IMG/VR virus record: IMGVR_UViG_3300022666_000277
Location: 1 to 38,232 of that record
Origin: a virus
Lineage: Duplodnaviria; Caudoviricetes
Length of the DNA: 38,232 bases
Reading direction: 5' to 3' (one strand)
The notes under the pieces were generated by a model, which was given only the letters and a program-made list of their open reading frames with translations, searched no databases and was not told where the DNA came from. The first letter of the stretch is position 1. Every line of letters begins with the position of its first letter. Shown here piece after piece: positions 25,506 through 34,610 of the stretch. Made by a program: the position numbers and the translations under genes.

Positions 25506-25805
25506 ATGGAAACGAAGGAAGGTTGTGATGTTGGTGGTGGGGTGCCTCCGGTGGTGGATATGGGGGCGGTGGGGGTGATGGCTGATTTTTTGTATGAGTT
25601 GATCCGGGATGGGTTTGAGCGGCGGGGGGCGAGCCGTTGGTTGTGGTTGTTTGATTGTTATGTGTTGCTGTCGGGGGCGCTGCGGCAGGCGCAGCCGCTG
25701 GAGTGGTTTGAGGCGGAGGGGGTGGTGGAGACGATGCGGGCGCTGGCGCGGTTTTTGGAGGAGTTGGAGGCGCGGCGGGTTGAGTTGGAGGGGGGTGCAG
25801 GGTGA
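25506..25805 (+). CDS. Hypothetical protein, 99 aa, downstream of the structured leader
   Basis: AAGGAG RBS; ATG 25506. Confidence 0.65.
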   Translation: METKEGCDVGGGVPPVVDMGAVGVMADFLYELIRDGFERRGASRWLWLFDCYVLLSGALRQAQPLEWFEAEGVVETMRALARFLEELEARRVELEGGAG

Positions 25806-25840
25806 TGGGGCACGCGGAGGCGCGGGGGATGTGGGGGTGG

Positions 25841-25869
25841 TTGACATGGCGGGGTATTTGTGTTAAAGT
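25841..25869 (+). promoter_or_regulatory. Late-operon promoter
   Basis: TTGACA-17-TAAAGT with an extended -10 TG, upstream of the holin and terminase genes. Confidence 0.75.
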
Positions 25870-25921
25870 GTGCTTGTAACACTAAGTCGGCCTGATGTAG
25901 TTCGGGCCTGGTCGGAGACGG

Positions 25922-25959
25922 ACTCCCGGCGTGTAAAAGCGCTGGGAGTTTTTCGTTTT
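25922..25959 (+). terminator. Intrinsic terminator in the late leader
   Basis: ACTCCCGGCG-tgtaaaag-CGCTGGGAGT followed by TTTTCGTTTT. Confidence 0.75.
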
Positions 25960-25990
25960 AATCTTTGTTTGGTCTTCTCAGGAGGAAGCC

Positions 25991-26413
25991 ATGAATGTCA
26001 GTTCTTTGGACGGTGCGCTGTTGCAGGTTGTGGCGCAGGTGTTGATTGCGGTGTTGGCGCCGGTGTTGACGGCGGCGGCGACGGCGCTGATTGGGTATTG
26101 TATCCGGTGGGTGCGCGGGAAGTTGACGAGCGATCAGTTGGCGCTGGCGGATGAGTTGGTGCGGTTGTATGCGCTGGCGGCGGATCAATACGATTTATCT
26201 GGGGCTATGCGGCGCAGCGGGGAAGAGAAGAAGGCGTGGGTTGTGGCGCAGGTGCAGGCGGCGCTGGAGGCGCGCGGGATTCGGATGGATGTTGGGATGC
26301 TGGCTGACCTGGTTGAGGCGAAGGTGTTGGAGGTGGTGAAGCCGGCCAGGATGCTGGATGTGGTGGGGGTTGGGGCGTATTCGGCCGATTTGCAGCCGGT
26401 TGGCGGCGAGTAG
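25991..26413 (+). CDS. Holin, LL-H-like family
   Basis: One N-terminal TM helix followed by A..Q......GEEKK..V......L..RGI......L..LVEA.V. Confidence 0.75.
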   Translation: MNVSSLDGALLQVVAQVLIAVLAPVLTAAATALIGYCIRWVRGKLTSDQLALADELVRLYALAADQYDLSGAMRRSGEEKKAWVVAQVQAALEARGIRMDVGMLADLVEAKVLEVVKPARMLDVVGVGAYSADLQPVGGE

Positions 26414-26421
26414 GAGCGGCG

Positions 26422-26778
26422 ATGGCGGCGGCAGGCAGCACGACCAATCATGTTTTGCAGGCGCAGATTAATGCTCTGGGGGAATCTATGCAGAGTGGGT
26501 TGGGTGAGATTAAGCAAATTTTGCAGGGTATTGAGGTGCGCGTGCGGGAGATCGAGAACCGTGAGGCGGGGTGTTATCCGATGGTGAACAGTAAGGTGGA
26601 TGCTGCCTGGCGCCGTTTGGATGAGCATGATGTGGCTATTGTCCGGCTGCGTGAGGTGGTGGGGGAGTTGGTGCACACGAACCGGTTGTTGGGTTGGGCG
26701 GCGGGATTGGTGACGGCGGTGCTGGTGGTGTTGTTGGGTGCGCTTGTTACGGGGCAGGCGACGATCATTTTTAAGTGA
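26422..26778 (+). CDS. Coiled-coil protein with a C-terminal TM helix (possible lysis accessory)
   Basis: Heptad pattern plus a C-terminal hydrophobic helix; adjacent to the holin. Confidence 0.6.
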   Translation: MAAAGSTTNHVLQAQINALGESMQSGLGEIKQILQGIEVRVREIENREAGCYPMVNSKVDAAWRRLDEHDVAIVRLREVVGELVHTNRLLGWAAGLVTAVLVVLLGALVTGQATIIFK

Positions 26779-26788
26779 GTGAGGCGCG

Positions 26789-27415
26789 ATGGATCTGAAG
26801 CGGAGGCCGGGGCCAGAATATTTTGAGCAGATGGCGTTTGATTTGGATCTGCCGGAGGAGGAGCGTGGGGCTGGCGGGTATGTGACGCCGGAGGAGGCGC
26901 AACGGCGCAGTTTGGCGGCGCAGGGGGCGTTGACGGTGATGGGGCAGGCGTCGGCGCCGATGTGGTTTGAGCAGTATACGATGCTGCTGGCGGCGGGGTG
27001 GCCGTGGCGGGTGGCGTGTTATATTGCGTGGGCTTCTTCGCCGAAGAAGAGTCGGTGGCCGAGGACGCAGGAGGAGCTGGCAACGGCGGTGTTGGGACTG
27101 ACGAGCGACCGGCAGGTTGCGACCTGGCGCAAGCGCAATCCGGGGATTGATGAGGTGATTTCGGTGTTGCAGGCGCTGCCGTTGGTGGAGCATCGGGCGG
27201 ATATTTATGCGGCGTTGATTGAGTCGGCGACGAACCCGGACCACCGCAATCATCCAGATCGGGAGATGGCGCTGGAGTTGTTGGGGGACTATACCAAACA
27301 GGTGAAGGTGGATACGGTGCATGGGCCTGACCAGGTGAGCGAGATGAGCGATGCGGAGCTGGATGCGCTGGCGCAGCGGATTTTGAAGGGTAATCAGGCG
27401 GATGGGGCACATTAA
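26789..27415 (+). CDS. terS: Terminase small subunit (HTH type)
   Basis: HTH PRTQEELA..VLG....QVATWRKRNP; directly upstream of terL. Confidence 0.7.
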   Translation: MDLKRRPGPEYFEQMAFDLDLPEEERGAGGYVTPEEAQRRSLAAQGALTVMGQASAPMWFEQYTMLLAAGWPWRVACYIAWASSPKKSRWPRTQEELATAVLGLTSDRQVATWRKRNPGIDEVISVLQALPLVEHRADIYAALIESATNPDHRNHPDREMALELLGDYTKQVKVDTVHGPDQVSEMSDAELDALAQRILKGNQADGAH

Positions 27416-28964
27416 GCGGGTTACCCCGGAGGAGGCGTTGGCCGAGAAGGTGCGGCGCGAGCAGGCGCGGCGGCGGTTGCTGTCGTTTGGGGCGTATGTG
27501 TATGAATGGTGGCGGCCGGCGGCGGTGCATGGGTTGATTTGCGCTGAGTTGGAGCAGGTATACCGGTTCATTGAGAGCGGGGGGGCGGAGGGGACGGGGT
27601 CGCTGATTGTCGAGATTCCGCCTCAACATGGCAAGACAACGATTGTGAGCCGGATTTTTCCGGCGTGGTTGGTGGGCAAACGTCCGGATAGCCGGGTGAT
27701 GTTGACGGCGTATGTGGCTGATTTGGCGCAGGATAACAGCCGGGCGGTGCGGCAGATTGTGGAAGGGGAACGGTTTGAGGCGATTTTTGGCCAACGCAGC
27801 CGGGTTGACGAGCCGGTGGAGATTGCGCAGGATGCTACGGCAAAGGCGAACTGGAACCTGGCCGAGCCGCATCGGGGCGGGGTGACGGCGGTGGGGGTGG
27901 GGGGTGGTGCGACGGGGCGGCCGGCAGATTTGATTGTGATCGATGATCCGTTTAAAAACAGGGAACAGGCTGAAAATCCGACAGAACGCAAGAAGGTGCT
28001 GCAATGGTATACCAGTTCGATTCTGTCCAGGACGCGGAAGGGGACGGCGGTGGTGATTATTCATACGCGGTGGCATCGAGAAGACCTGATCGGGGAGATG
28101 CTGAAGAGTATGGCGACTGACCCACGGGCGAGACAATTTAGAGTTTTGAGCCTGCCGGCGCTGCCGTTAGAGATTGATGAGTATACGAGCAGTGAGGATG
28201 AGCAACGGCGGGCGCGGTTGGAGGGTCTGTGGCGCCCGATGGTTGATCCATTGGGGCGGACGCCGGGGTGCGCGCAGCCGTTGTGGGAGGAGGAGTTTCC
28301 GGCGGGGATGTTGACGCAGGTGCGGGCGACGCTGGAGGCGGCGGGGCAGTTGACGGATTGGTATGCGTTGTATCAGCAGCAGCCGCGGCCGGCGGAGGGG
28401 GTGTTCTTTGGGGAGCGGGATTTTGCGGTGGTGGAACGGGCGCCGGAGGGGTTGAAGTGGGTGCGGTATGTTGACCTGGCGTTGAGCGAGCGCACGACGG
28501 CAGATTGGAACGCGACGGTGGCTGAGGCGGTGGATGCGGATGGTAATCTGTATTTGCGGGATATGCTGCGGGTGAGGGGGTGGAATGAGTTCCGGGTGCG
28601 ATTGAAGGCGTTGATGCTTTCGCCGCTGGAGGTTGGGACGCTGTGGGGGATTGAGGATGTGGCGTTTCAGGCTTTGGCGTTTCAGGAGTTGGCGCGTGAC
28701 CCCGACCTGGTTGGGGTGGCGATGAAACAGGAAAAACCGAAGGGGGATAAGGTGGAACGAGCCAGGGCGCTGCAGACGCGGGCGGCGGCAGGCAAGGTGC
28801 GATTGGTGAGAGGGGCATGGAATCAGGCGTTTATTCTGGAGGCGCTGGATTTCCCGAATGGACGGCATGATGATCAGATTGATACGGCGAGCGGTGGTTT
28901 GCAGTTGCTGGCCGGACGGAAGATGGGCATGAATACGGTGGAAGATCCGTTTGCGAGGTGGTAG
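27402..28964 (+). CDS. terL: Terminase large subunit
   Basis: Walker A PPQHGKT, Walker B IVIDDP, HTRWHREDL; nuclease YVDLA and HDDQID. Confidence 0.95.
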   Translation: MGHIKRVTPEEALAEKVRREQARRRLLSFGAYVYEWWRPAAVHGLICAELEQVYRFIESGGAEGTGSLIVEIPPQHGKTTIVSRIFPAWLVGKRPDSRVMLTAYVADLAQDNSRAVRQIVEGERFEAIFGQRSRVDEPVEIAQDATAKANWNLAEPHRGGVTAVGVGGGATGRPADLIVIDDPFKNREQAENPTERKKVLQWYTSSILSRTRKGTAVVIIHTRWHREDLIGEMLKSMATDPRARQFRVLSLPALPLEIDEYTSSEDEQRRARLEGLWRPMVDPLGRTPGCAQPLWEEEFPAGMLTQVRATLEAAGQLTDWYALYQQQPRPAEGVFFGERDFAVVERAPEGLKWVRYVDLALSERTTADWNATVAEAVDADGNLYLRDMLRVRGWNEFRVRLKALMLSPLEVGTLWGIEDVAFQALAFQELARDPDLVGVAMKQEKPKGDKVERARALQTRAAAGKVRLVRGAWNQAFILEALDFPNGRHDDQIDTASGGLQLLAGRKMGMNTVEDPFARW

Positions 28965-30404
28965 ATGGGTTGGTTGGATGGGATTCGAGATTGGTTGTTG
29001 GCGCCTGTGTTGTCGCGGATGAACACAGAGGATCGGGGGCGGGTGCAGGCGATTCATCAGGCGCGTCAGTATCGTATTGGCCAGCAGCGTGAGATGTTGA
29101 AGGTGGCGCAAGGCCAGACAAATGATAATGTGGTGATGAATTTTGCGGGTCTGGCGGTTGACCGCGGGGTTTCGTTGTTGTTTGGGCACGGGGTGCAGTT
29201 CAATTTGCCGGGGGATGGGCAGACGCCCGAGGCGCAGTATTTTCGGGCGGTGATGGATGCGAATAAGCAGCAGATTTTGTTGCATCGGCTGGGGATTTAT
29301 GGGGCGGAAGCTGGAACGTGTTATTTGTGGTTTTTGTTGAATGGGGTGGTGGGTAAGGATGGGCTGGTTTATCCTCGTTTGGTGGCGATTGATCCGGAGT
29401 ATGTGACGATTGAAACCGAGGCGGAGGATGTTGAGATTGTGCGGCGGTATCTGGTGCAGTATCCGGTGAGCGGTCCGGATGGCAAGCTGGCGCTGCGGAA
29501 AAAGGTGGTTGAGCGGGATGATGGAGATGGCTGGGTCACCCGTGATTTTTTGGTGCAGGATGGCGGTGAGGTTTGTACGGGGTATGAGGCGTGGCCGTAT
29601 GATTTTCCGCCTATTTTGCACTGGCAAAATTTGCCCGGGGTGGGGAGTGCGTATGGCCAGGCGGATGTGACGGCGGATGTGATTCGATTGCAGGATCGCA
29701 TCAATTTTACGGGTTCGAATATTGCGAAGATTATCCGGATTTATGCGAACCCGCAGCGGTTTTCGCGGATGGGTGGTCAGGATACGCGGATTGAGGTTGG
29801 TCCAGACCGGATGCCGAATTTTAATGATCCGAATGGGGGGATTTTCCAGCTGGATGCATTGGGCGATCTGGCTGCGGCGTTGGCGTTTTACGATCGTTTG
29901 GTGCACGCTATTTTTGCGGTGACCAGGACGGTGGATCCGAGTGATACTGCAGCCAAGTTGGGGGATCTTACGAATTTTGGCTTGCGGGTGTTGTATCAGG
30001 ATGCATTGCAGAAGTTGGGTACGAAGCGCGAGTTGTATGGGGATGCGTTATTGGAGATGGGGCGGCGCCTGTTGGTGATTGGGGGGTTCACGAATACGGA
30101 TATGGGGACGTTGATCTGGCCAGATGCGTTACCGGAGAACCAGCAAGATTTGATTGAGGGTTTGAAATTTGACCTGGACAATCGTTTGGTGAGTCGACAA
30201 ACCGTGGCGCAGAGGCGGGGATACGATTGGGATTTGGAGAGCCAGCGGATGGATGCGGAACGTGTGCGGAATGAGAATGACCTGGCGTTGGCGTTGTTGG
30301 AGCAGGAACGCCAGGGGCGATTGAGTTTTGACCGTGGGGTGGGTGCGGATTTATTCCCTGGTGGTTCTTCCGGGGAGGATCATATTTCACGAGGTGAGGT
30401 GTAG
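28965..30404 (+). CDS. Portal protein (SPP1 gp6-like)
   Basis: 479 aa, directly after terL; N-terminal VVMNFAGLAVD...LFG and PILHWQN...YG..D patterns. Confidence 0.88.
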   Translation: MGWLDGIRDWLLAPVLSRMNTEDRGRVQAIHQARQYRIGQQREMLKVAQGQTNDNVVMNFAGLAVDRGVSLLFGHGVQFNLPGDGQTPEAQYFRAVMDANKQQILLHRLGIYGAEAGTCYLWFLLNGVVGKDGLVYPRLVAIDPEYVTIETEAEDVEIVRRYLVQYPVSGPDGKLALRKKVVERDDGDGWVTRDFLVQDGGEVCTGYEAWPYDFPPILHWQNLPGVGSAYGQADVTADVIRLQDRINFTGSNIAKIIRIYANPQRFSRMGGQDTRIEVGPDRMPNFNDPNGGIFQLDALGDLAAALAFYDRLVHAIFAVTRTVDPSDTAAKLGDLTNFGLRVLYQDALQKLGTKRELYGDALLEMGRRLLVIGGFTNTDMGTLIWPDALPENQQDLIEGLKFDLDNRLVSRQTVAQRRGYDWDLESQRMDAERVRNENDLALALLEQERQGRLSFDRGVGADLFPGGSSGEDHISRGEV

Positions 30405-30405
30405 T

Positions 30406-30975
30406 ATGGCAGAGGAAAAGGTCGAGATGACCAGCGGAGACGCCGGGAAGGGGTCGCTGCAGCAGCAACAGCCCAATGCAGGGGAGCAACAACCTGCTGG
30501 GGAGCGTCCGATATCGGAGACCGGCGCCGAGGTGGTGACGATTTCCAAGACGGATTTTGAAAAGATGCAGAAGGCGCTGCGGGAAGCCAATACGGAAGCT
30601 GCGAGACGACGTAAAGAGCTTGAGGATCGGCAGAAGGCCGAGATGACCGAGGCCGAACGGCTCAAGAAGGATCTGGATGAGGAACGGGCGTTGCGCCTGG
30701 GCCTGATGCGGGAGAGTGTGGCGGCGAAGTATGGTTTGCCCGAGCTGTTGGCGAGCAGGTTGCAGGGCGGGACGCGGGAGGAGATGGAGGAGGATGCGCG
30801 AGCTGTGGCGGCGGCGCTGCCGAAGCCTGCAGCGAAGAGCCCCGGGCCGGTAACGCCAGGTAATCCAGGCAGCAAAATAAACCTGACCCGCGAGCAGGTT
30901 GAACGGATGTCTGTTGAGGAGATCAATAAGAACTGGGACGCGGTGCAGGAAGCATTATCCAGAAAGGTTTCGTGA
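30406..30975 (+). CDS. Capsid scaffolding protein, 189 aa
   Basis: GAGGTG RBS; charged coiled coil; GLP..LASRLQG.T.EE...DA motif; precedes the MCP. Confidence 0.8.
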   Translation: MAEEKVEMTSGDAGKGSLQQQQPNAGEQQPAGERPISETGAEVVTISKTDFEKMQKALREANTEAARRRKELEDRQKAEMTEAERLKKDLDEERALRLGLMRESVAAKYGLPELLASRLQGGTREEMEEDARAVAAALPKPAAKSPGPVTPGNPGSKINLTREQVERMSVEEINKNWDAVQEALSRKVS

Positions 30976-30983
30976 GGTGAGTT

Positions 30984-31844
30984 ATGTCTACTGAGAATTT
31001 CATTCCTACGGTTTGGAGTGCGCGGCTACTGCAGAACTTGAACAATGCGCATGTGTATGCCGGGTTGTGCAATCGGGATTATGAGGGCGAGATTGCGGCG
31101 CTGGGGGATACGGTGAAGATCAACGCGATTGGGCGGGTGACGATTGGCAATTATGCCAAGAACACGGATATCTCTGACCCGGAAACGTTGACCGATGCGC
31201 AAACTACGCTGGTGATTGACCGGGCGAAGTATTTCAACTTTCAGGTGGATGATGTGGATCGGGCGCAACAGAAGCCGAAGGTGATGGATGCGGCGATGCA
31301 GGAGGCGGCGTGGGGTCTGCGGGATGTGGTGGACCAGGATCTGGCGGCGCTGTACAGTGAGGCGGCGACGGCTAACAAGCTGGGCAGCGATGCTTCGCCG
31401 TATGTGTTTACGGGCGGCAGTGCGAAAGATCCGTATGATGTGCTGGTGGATCTGGGGGTGGTGTTGGATGACAACAATGTGCCGGCGGATGGGCGGTGGG
31501 TGGTGGTTCCGAACTGGTATCATGGCCTGCTGCAGAAGAACAATAAGTTTGTTGCGGCGACTGCCCAGGGGGAGAACCGGTTGATGAACGGTATTATCGG
31601 CCGGGCTGCCGGGTTCGATGTTTATAAGTCGAATAATGTGACGAAGGGCGGCTCGGGGAGCGATGTGTACCGGATGATGGCCGGGCACCGGCTGGCGTGG
31701 TCTTATGCGCAGCAGATTCTGGAAACGAATGCGTACCGGCCAGAGAAGCGGTTTGCGGACGCGGTGAAGGGGCTGATGGTGTATGGCCGCAAGGTGGTGC
31801 GCCCGACGTGTCTGGCGGTCTGTTTTGCGCAGAAGCCGGGCTAG
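30984..31844 (+). CDS. Major capsid protein, 286 aa
   Basis: FIPTVWSARLL...NRDYEGEI..GDTVKI and FADAVKGLMVYGRKVVRP, typical of HK97-fold coat proteins. Confidence 0.92.
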   Translation: MSTENFIPTVWSARLLQNLNNAHVYAGLCNRDYEGEIAALGDTVKINAIGRVTIGNYAKNTDISDPETLTDAQTTLVIDRAKYFNFQVDDVDRAQQKPKVMDAAMQEAAWGLRDVVDQDLAALYSEAATANKLGSDASPYVFTGGSAKDPYDVLVDLGVVLDDNNVPADGRWVVVPNWYHGLLQKNNKFVAATAQGENRLMNGIIGRAAGFDVYKSNNVTKGGSGSDVYRMMAGHRLAWSYAQQILETNAYRPEKRFADAVKGLMVYGRKVVRPTCLAVCFAQKPG

Positions 31845-31910
31845 GTTTTCAATCACCCCTCCCGGATCTGATGAGGGAGGGGAAATTTTGGTCTTCGAAG
31901 GAGCCTGAAG

Positions 31911-32300
31911 ATGGCAAATGCGAGTGCAATTACGATTAATTCTCTGACGGAAAATACGGTTCTGGCGCAACCTGCAGGGGATGTGTTGGACACCGGGACG
32001 GATGCGGTGACCCTGGCGATGACGCCGGGCGGGGACAGCCACAATATTCTGCTGGAGGTGACCAATACGGCCAGCGCGGCCGATACGATGACGGTGAAGG
32101 TGCTGGCGGGGGATAACCCACCGGCCTTCCGGGCCGGGCTGGGCGACCTGGAGTTCACGCTGGCGCAGAGTGCGGTGAAGTATTTGGTGTTGGAATGCGC
32201 CCGGTTCATGCAGAGTGACGGGAAGATCAATGTGGTCTTTACCCCGGCGTCTACCAAGATACAAACGGCGAAGATCCGGGCGTTCCGGCTTCCGAAGTAG
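31911..32300 (+). CDS. Putative head decoration / minor capsid protein
   Basis: Beta-rich 129-aa protein directly after the MCP; AAGGAG RBS. Confidence 0.55.
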   Translation: MANASAITINSLTENTVLAQPAGDVLDTGTDAVTLAMTPGGDSHNILLEVTNTASAADTMTVKVLAGDNPPAFRAGLGDLEFTLAQSAVKYLVLECARFMQSDGKINVVFTPASTKIQTAKIRAFRLPK

Positions 32301-32310
32301 GAGGTGATGA

Positions 32311-32853
32311 ATGGCGGCGCGCGAGACGATGGTGCGGTTAATTGGGATGGTGCGCGGTTTGATTGGCGATGCTGCTGGGGCGCAGGCGCACTTTGGGGAT
32401 GAGGATGTGCAGGCGGCATTGGACGCGCGCCGCCAGTTGATGCGGTTTGTTAGACTGGAGGCGGCGCCGACGCCCAGCGCGAATGGGTTGTTGTATCTCG
32501 ATTTTTGCAGCCAAAGGTATTACGAGGAGGGGGTTGTTATTCAGACCGGGCAGTATGTGGCGGTGACGCCAGATGTGGTGGATTGTCTGAATGGGTTTTA
32601 CCGATTTGAGACGCCGCAGGTGGAGGATTTGTATGTGTCTGGCGTTCGGTATGATGTGTATGGGGCGGCGGCTGGATTGGCGGAGGATTGGGCGGCAAGC
32701 CTGCAGGATTTGTATGATTTTCAGGCGGACGGTAGTTCGTTCAGCCGTTCGCAACGTGTGGCGAATTTGGAACGCCTGGCGCAACGGTTGAGGGTGAAAA
32801 GCGAGCGTGGGGCGGTGAATGTGATTATGATTGAGCGGGACGATACGGTATGA
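32311..32853 (+). CDS. Head-tail adaptor
   Basis: VRGLIGD...F.DE.VQ..L and DVYGAAA...W...DG.S.SRSQ adaptor-like pattern. Confidence 0.7.
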   Translation: MAARETMVRLIGMVRGLIGDAAGAQAHFGDEDVQAALDARRQLMRFVRLEAAPTPSANGLLYLDFCSQRYYEEGVVIQTGQYVAVTPDVVDCLNGFYRFETPQVEDLYVSGVRYDVYGAAAGLAEDWAASLQDLYDFQADGSSFSRSQRVANLERLAQRLRVKSERGAVNVIMIERDDTV

Positions 32854-33857
32854 GCAGGGTTGAGGAGTTATTGGCTGCGTATCGAGAGCGTTTGCTGGGG
32901 CGGGATGAGGTGTTGTCCAGGGCGTATGCACGCCGTTGGTTGGGGGTTGAAAGTGCGTTGGAGGCGCAGTATTTGAACCTGGCGATGGATGTTGTGGATT
33001 TACGTGAGGCCGGGTATGCGGTTGGGGCCGAGCGGATTTATCAGTTGGAGCGGTATCAGAATTTGTTGGGCCAGGTGCGGGTGGAGATGGAGCGATTCAA
33101 CCGGTTTGTGGCGGGCGAGATCCAGAAGGAGCAATATCTGGCCGGCCGAGATGGTTTGAAGTTTGGGGCGGAGGCGATTCGGGCCAGGTATTTGGATGGG
33201 GGGGGTACGACGGTTGGGAGTTTTCAGGTTTTGCCGGTAGAGGCGATTCGTACAGTGATGGGGTTGGCGGGGGATGGGACACCGTTGTTTGATCTGTTGC
33301 AGGGTGGTTATGGTAAAGCGGTTACGGGGCTGACGCAGGCGTTGATTAACGGCGTGGCGTTGGGGTATAACCCGCGCAAGACGGCGAGGGTGATGAAAAT
33401 TGCGATGGCTGGGAATTTGCAGCGGGCGTTGGTGATCAGCCGGAGCGAGCAGGGGCGGGCGATGCGAATGGCGCAGGTGATGGAATACCGGGCGAGTGGG
33501 GTGGTGAGTGGGTATCGGAGGCGGTGTGCGCTGTCGCAGCGGACATGCCTGGCATGCCTGTTGCAGGACGGCCGGACGTATAGGTTGGGGGAGCAGTTTT
33601 CGGATCATCCGAATGGGCGATGTTTTGGTGTGCCAATTTTGTATGATGGGGATCCGTATGAACAGCAGGTCGGCGGGCGGGATTGGTTTTTGAAGCAGGA
33701 TGCTGGTGTGCAGGAGGAGTTGATGGGGCGGGATTATTATCGGGCGTGGAAGGATGGGGCGTTCGATTTGGGTCGGTTGAGCAGGATGCATAATCATGCG
33801 ATTTGGGGTGAAAGCCCGGCGCTGACGCCGCTGAAGGAGTTGCAGGATGTTGGGTGA
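32850..33857 (+). CDS. Minor head morphogenesis protein (SPP1 gp7 / Mu gpF-like)
   Basis: RALVISRSE, RTCLAC...DG and HPNGRC motifs. Confidence 0.85.
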   Translation: MSRVEELLAAYRERLLGRDEVLSRAYARRWLGVESALEAQYLNLAMDVVDLREAGYAVGAERIYQLERYQNLLGQVRVEMERFNRFVAGEIQKEQYLAGRDGLKFGAEAIRARYLDGGGTTVGSFQVLPVEAIRTVMGLAGDGTPLFDLLQGGYGKAVTGLTQALINGVALGYNPRKTARVMKIAMAGNLQRALVISRSEQGRAMRMAQVMEYRASGVVSGYRRRCALSQRTCLACLLQDGRTYRLGEQFSDHPNGRCFGVPILYDGDPYEQQVGGRDWFLKQDAGVQEELMGRDYYRAWKDGAFDLGRLSRMHNHAIWGESPALTPLKELQDVG

Positions 33858-34203
33858 TGGTGATTTGATGTCTATGCGGGAGGCGCAGGCAGCGGCGTTG
33901 CCAGATGTTGGGGAGATTTGGCGCAGGCAGCGGGTCGGCGATGGGATGGGGGGGTTTGGTGAGACATTCACCAGAATTGCGACGGTGATGTGTCGTATTC
34001 GTGAGACGGGGGAACGGTCATTGGAAGGCGAGATTGCGCGGCGGCATGGGGCGATGTTGGGGTATGTGGTGACGATGCCGTTTGGGCAGGATGTGCAGAT
34101 GGGTGACCAGGTGCGGGTTTTGGGCAGGGTGTTTGAGGTGGTGTGGGTGGCGGTCAGGAGTTATGAGACGGCGCGGCGGGTGGTGTGTGTGGAGGTGGTA
34201 TGA
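33847..34203 (+). CDS. Head closure / stopper protein
   Basis: DGMGG..ETF and DVQMGDQV..GRVFEV, SPP1 gp16-like pattern. Confidence 0.75.
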   Translation: MLGDGDLMSMREAQAAALPDVGEIWRRQRVGDGMGGFGETFTRIATVMCRIRETGERSLEGEIARRHGAMLGYVVTMPFGQDVQMGDQVRVLGRVFEVVWVAVRSYETARRVVCVEVV

Positions 34204-34610
34204 CGGGCGGTTTCAATCATTTGGGGCGGATTGGGGATGAGATGCGCCGAAACCTGGAGATGGCGATGCAGGCGGGGGCTGAGGAGATTTTATCTGAGGC
34301 GGCATTGAGGATGAGCGATGCGAAGAGTGGAAGGGTCTATCGATCGGGGCGAACGGGGAAGGAGCATCAGGCCAGCGCTCCTGGAGAGGCGCCGGCGATT
34401 GATACGGCGGGTTTGGTGGGTAGTTTGCATATTGAGGCGGATATTGGGCGGTGGACGTGGGTGGTGTATACGAACCAGGAGTATGCAGCGGGGTTGGAGT
34501 TTGGGCGGACGGATGGCCGGATGGCTGCGCGGCCGTTTTTGCGTCCGGCAGCTAAGGCGAAGCGAGAGGGGATTATTCGCCGGTTGCGTGGGGTGTTGCA
34601 GGCGAGGTGA
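34200..34610 (+). CDS. Tail completion protein, HK97 gp10-like
   Basis: HQASAPGEAPAIDT..L..S and EYA..LEFG...MAARPFLRPA. Confidence 0.85.
   Translation: MTGGFNHLGRIGDEMRRNLEMAMQAGAEEILSEAALRMSDAKSGRVYRSGRTGKEHQASAPGEAPAIDTAGLVGSLHIEADIGRWTWVVYTNQEYAAGLEFGRTDGRMAARPFLRPAAKAKREGIIRRLRGVLQAR

Noticed and set aside
31856-31892. Hammerhead ribozyme (CTGATGA...GAAA) after the capsid gene
   Set aside because: The sequence between the two core motifs is GGGAGGG and cannot form stem II. It is better read as a plain CCCCTCCC/GGGAGGGG hairpin, possibly a weak attenuator.
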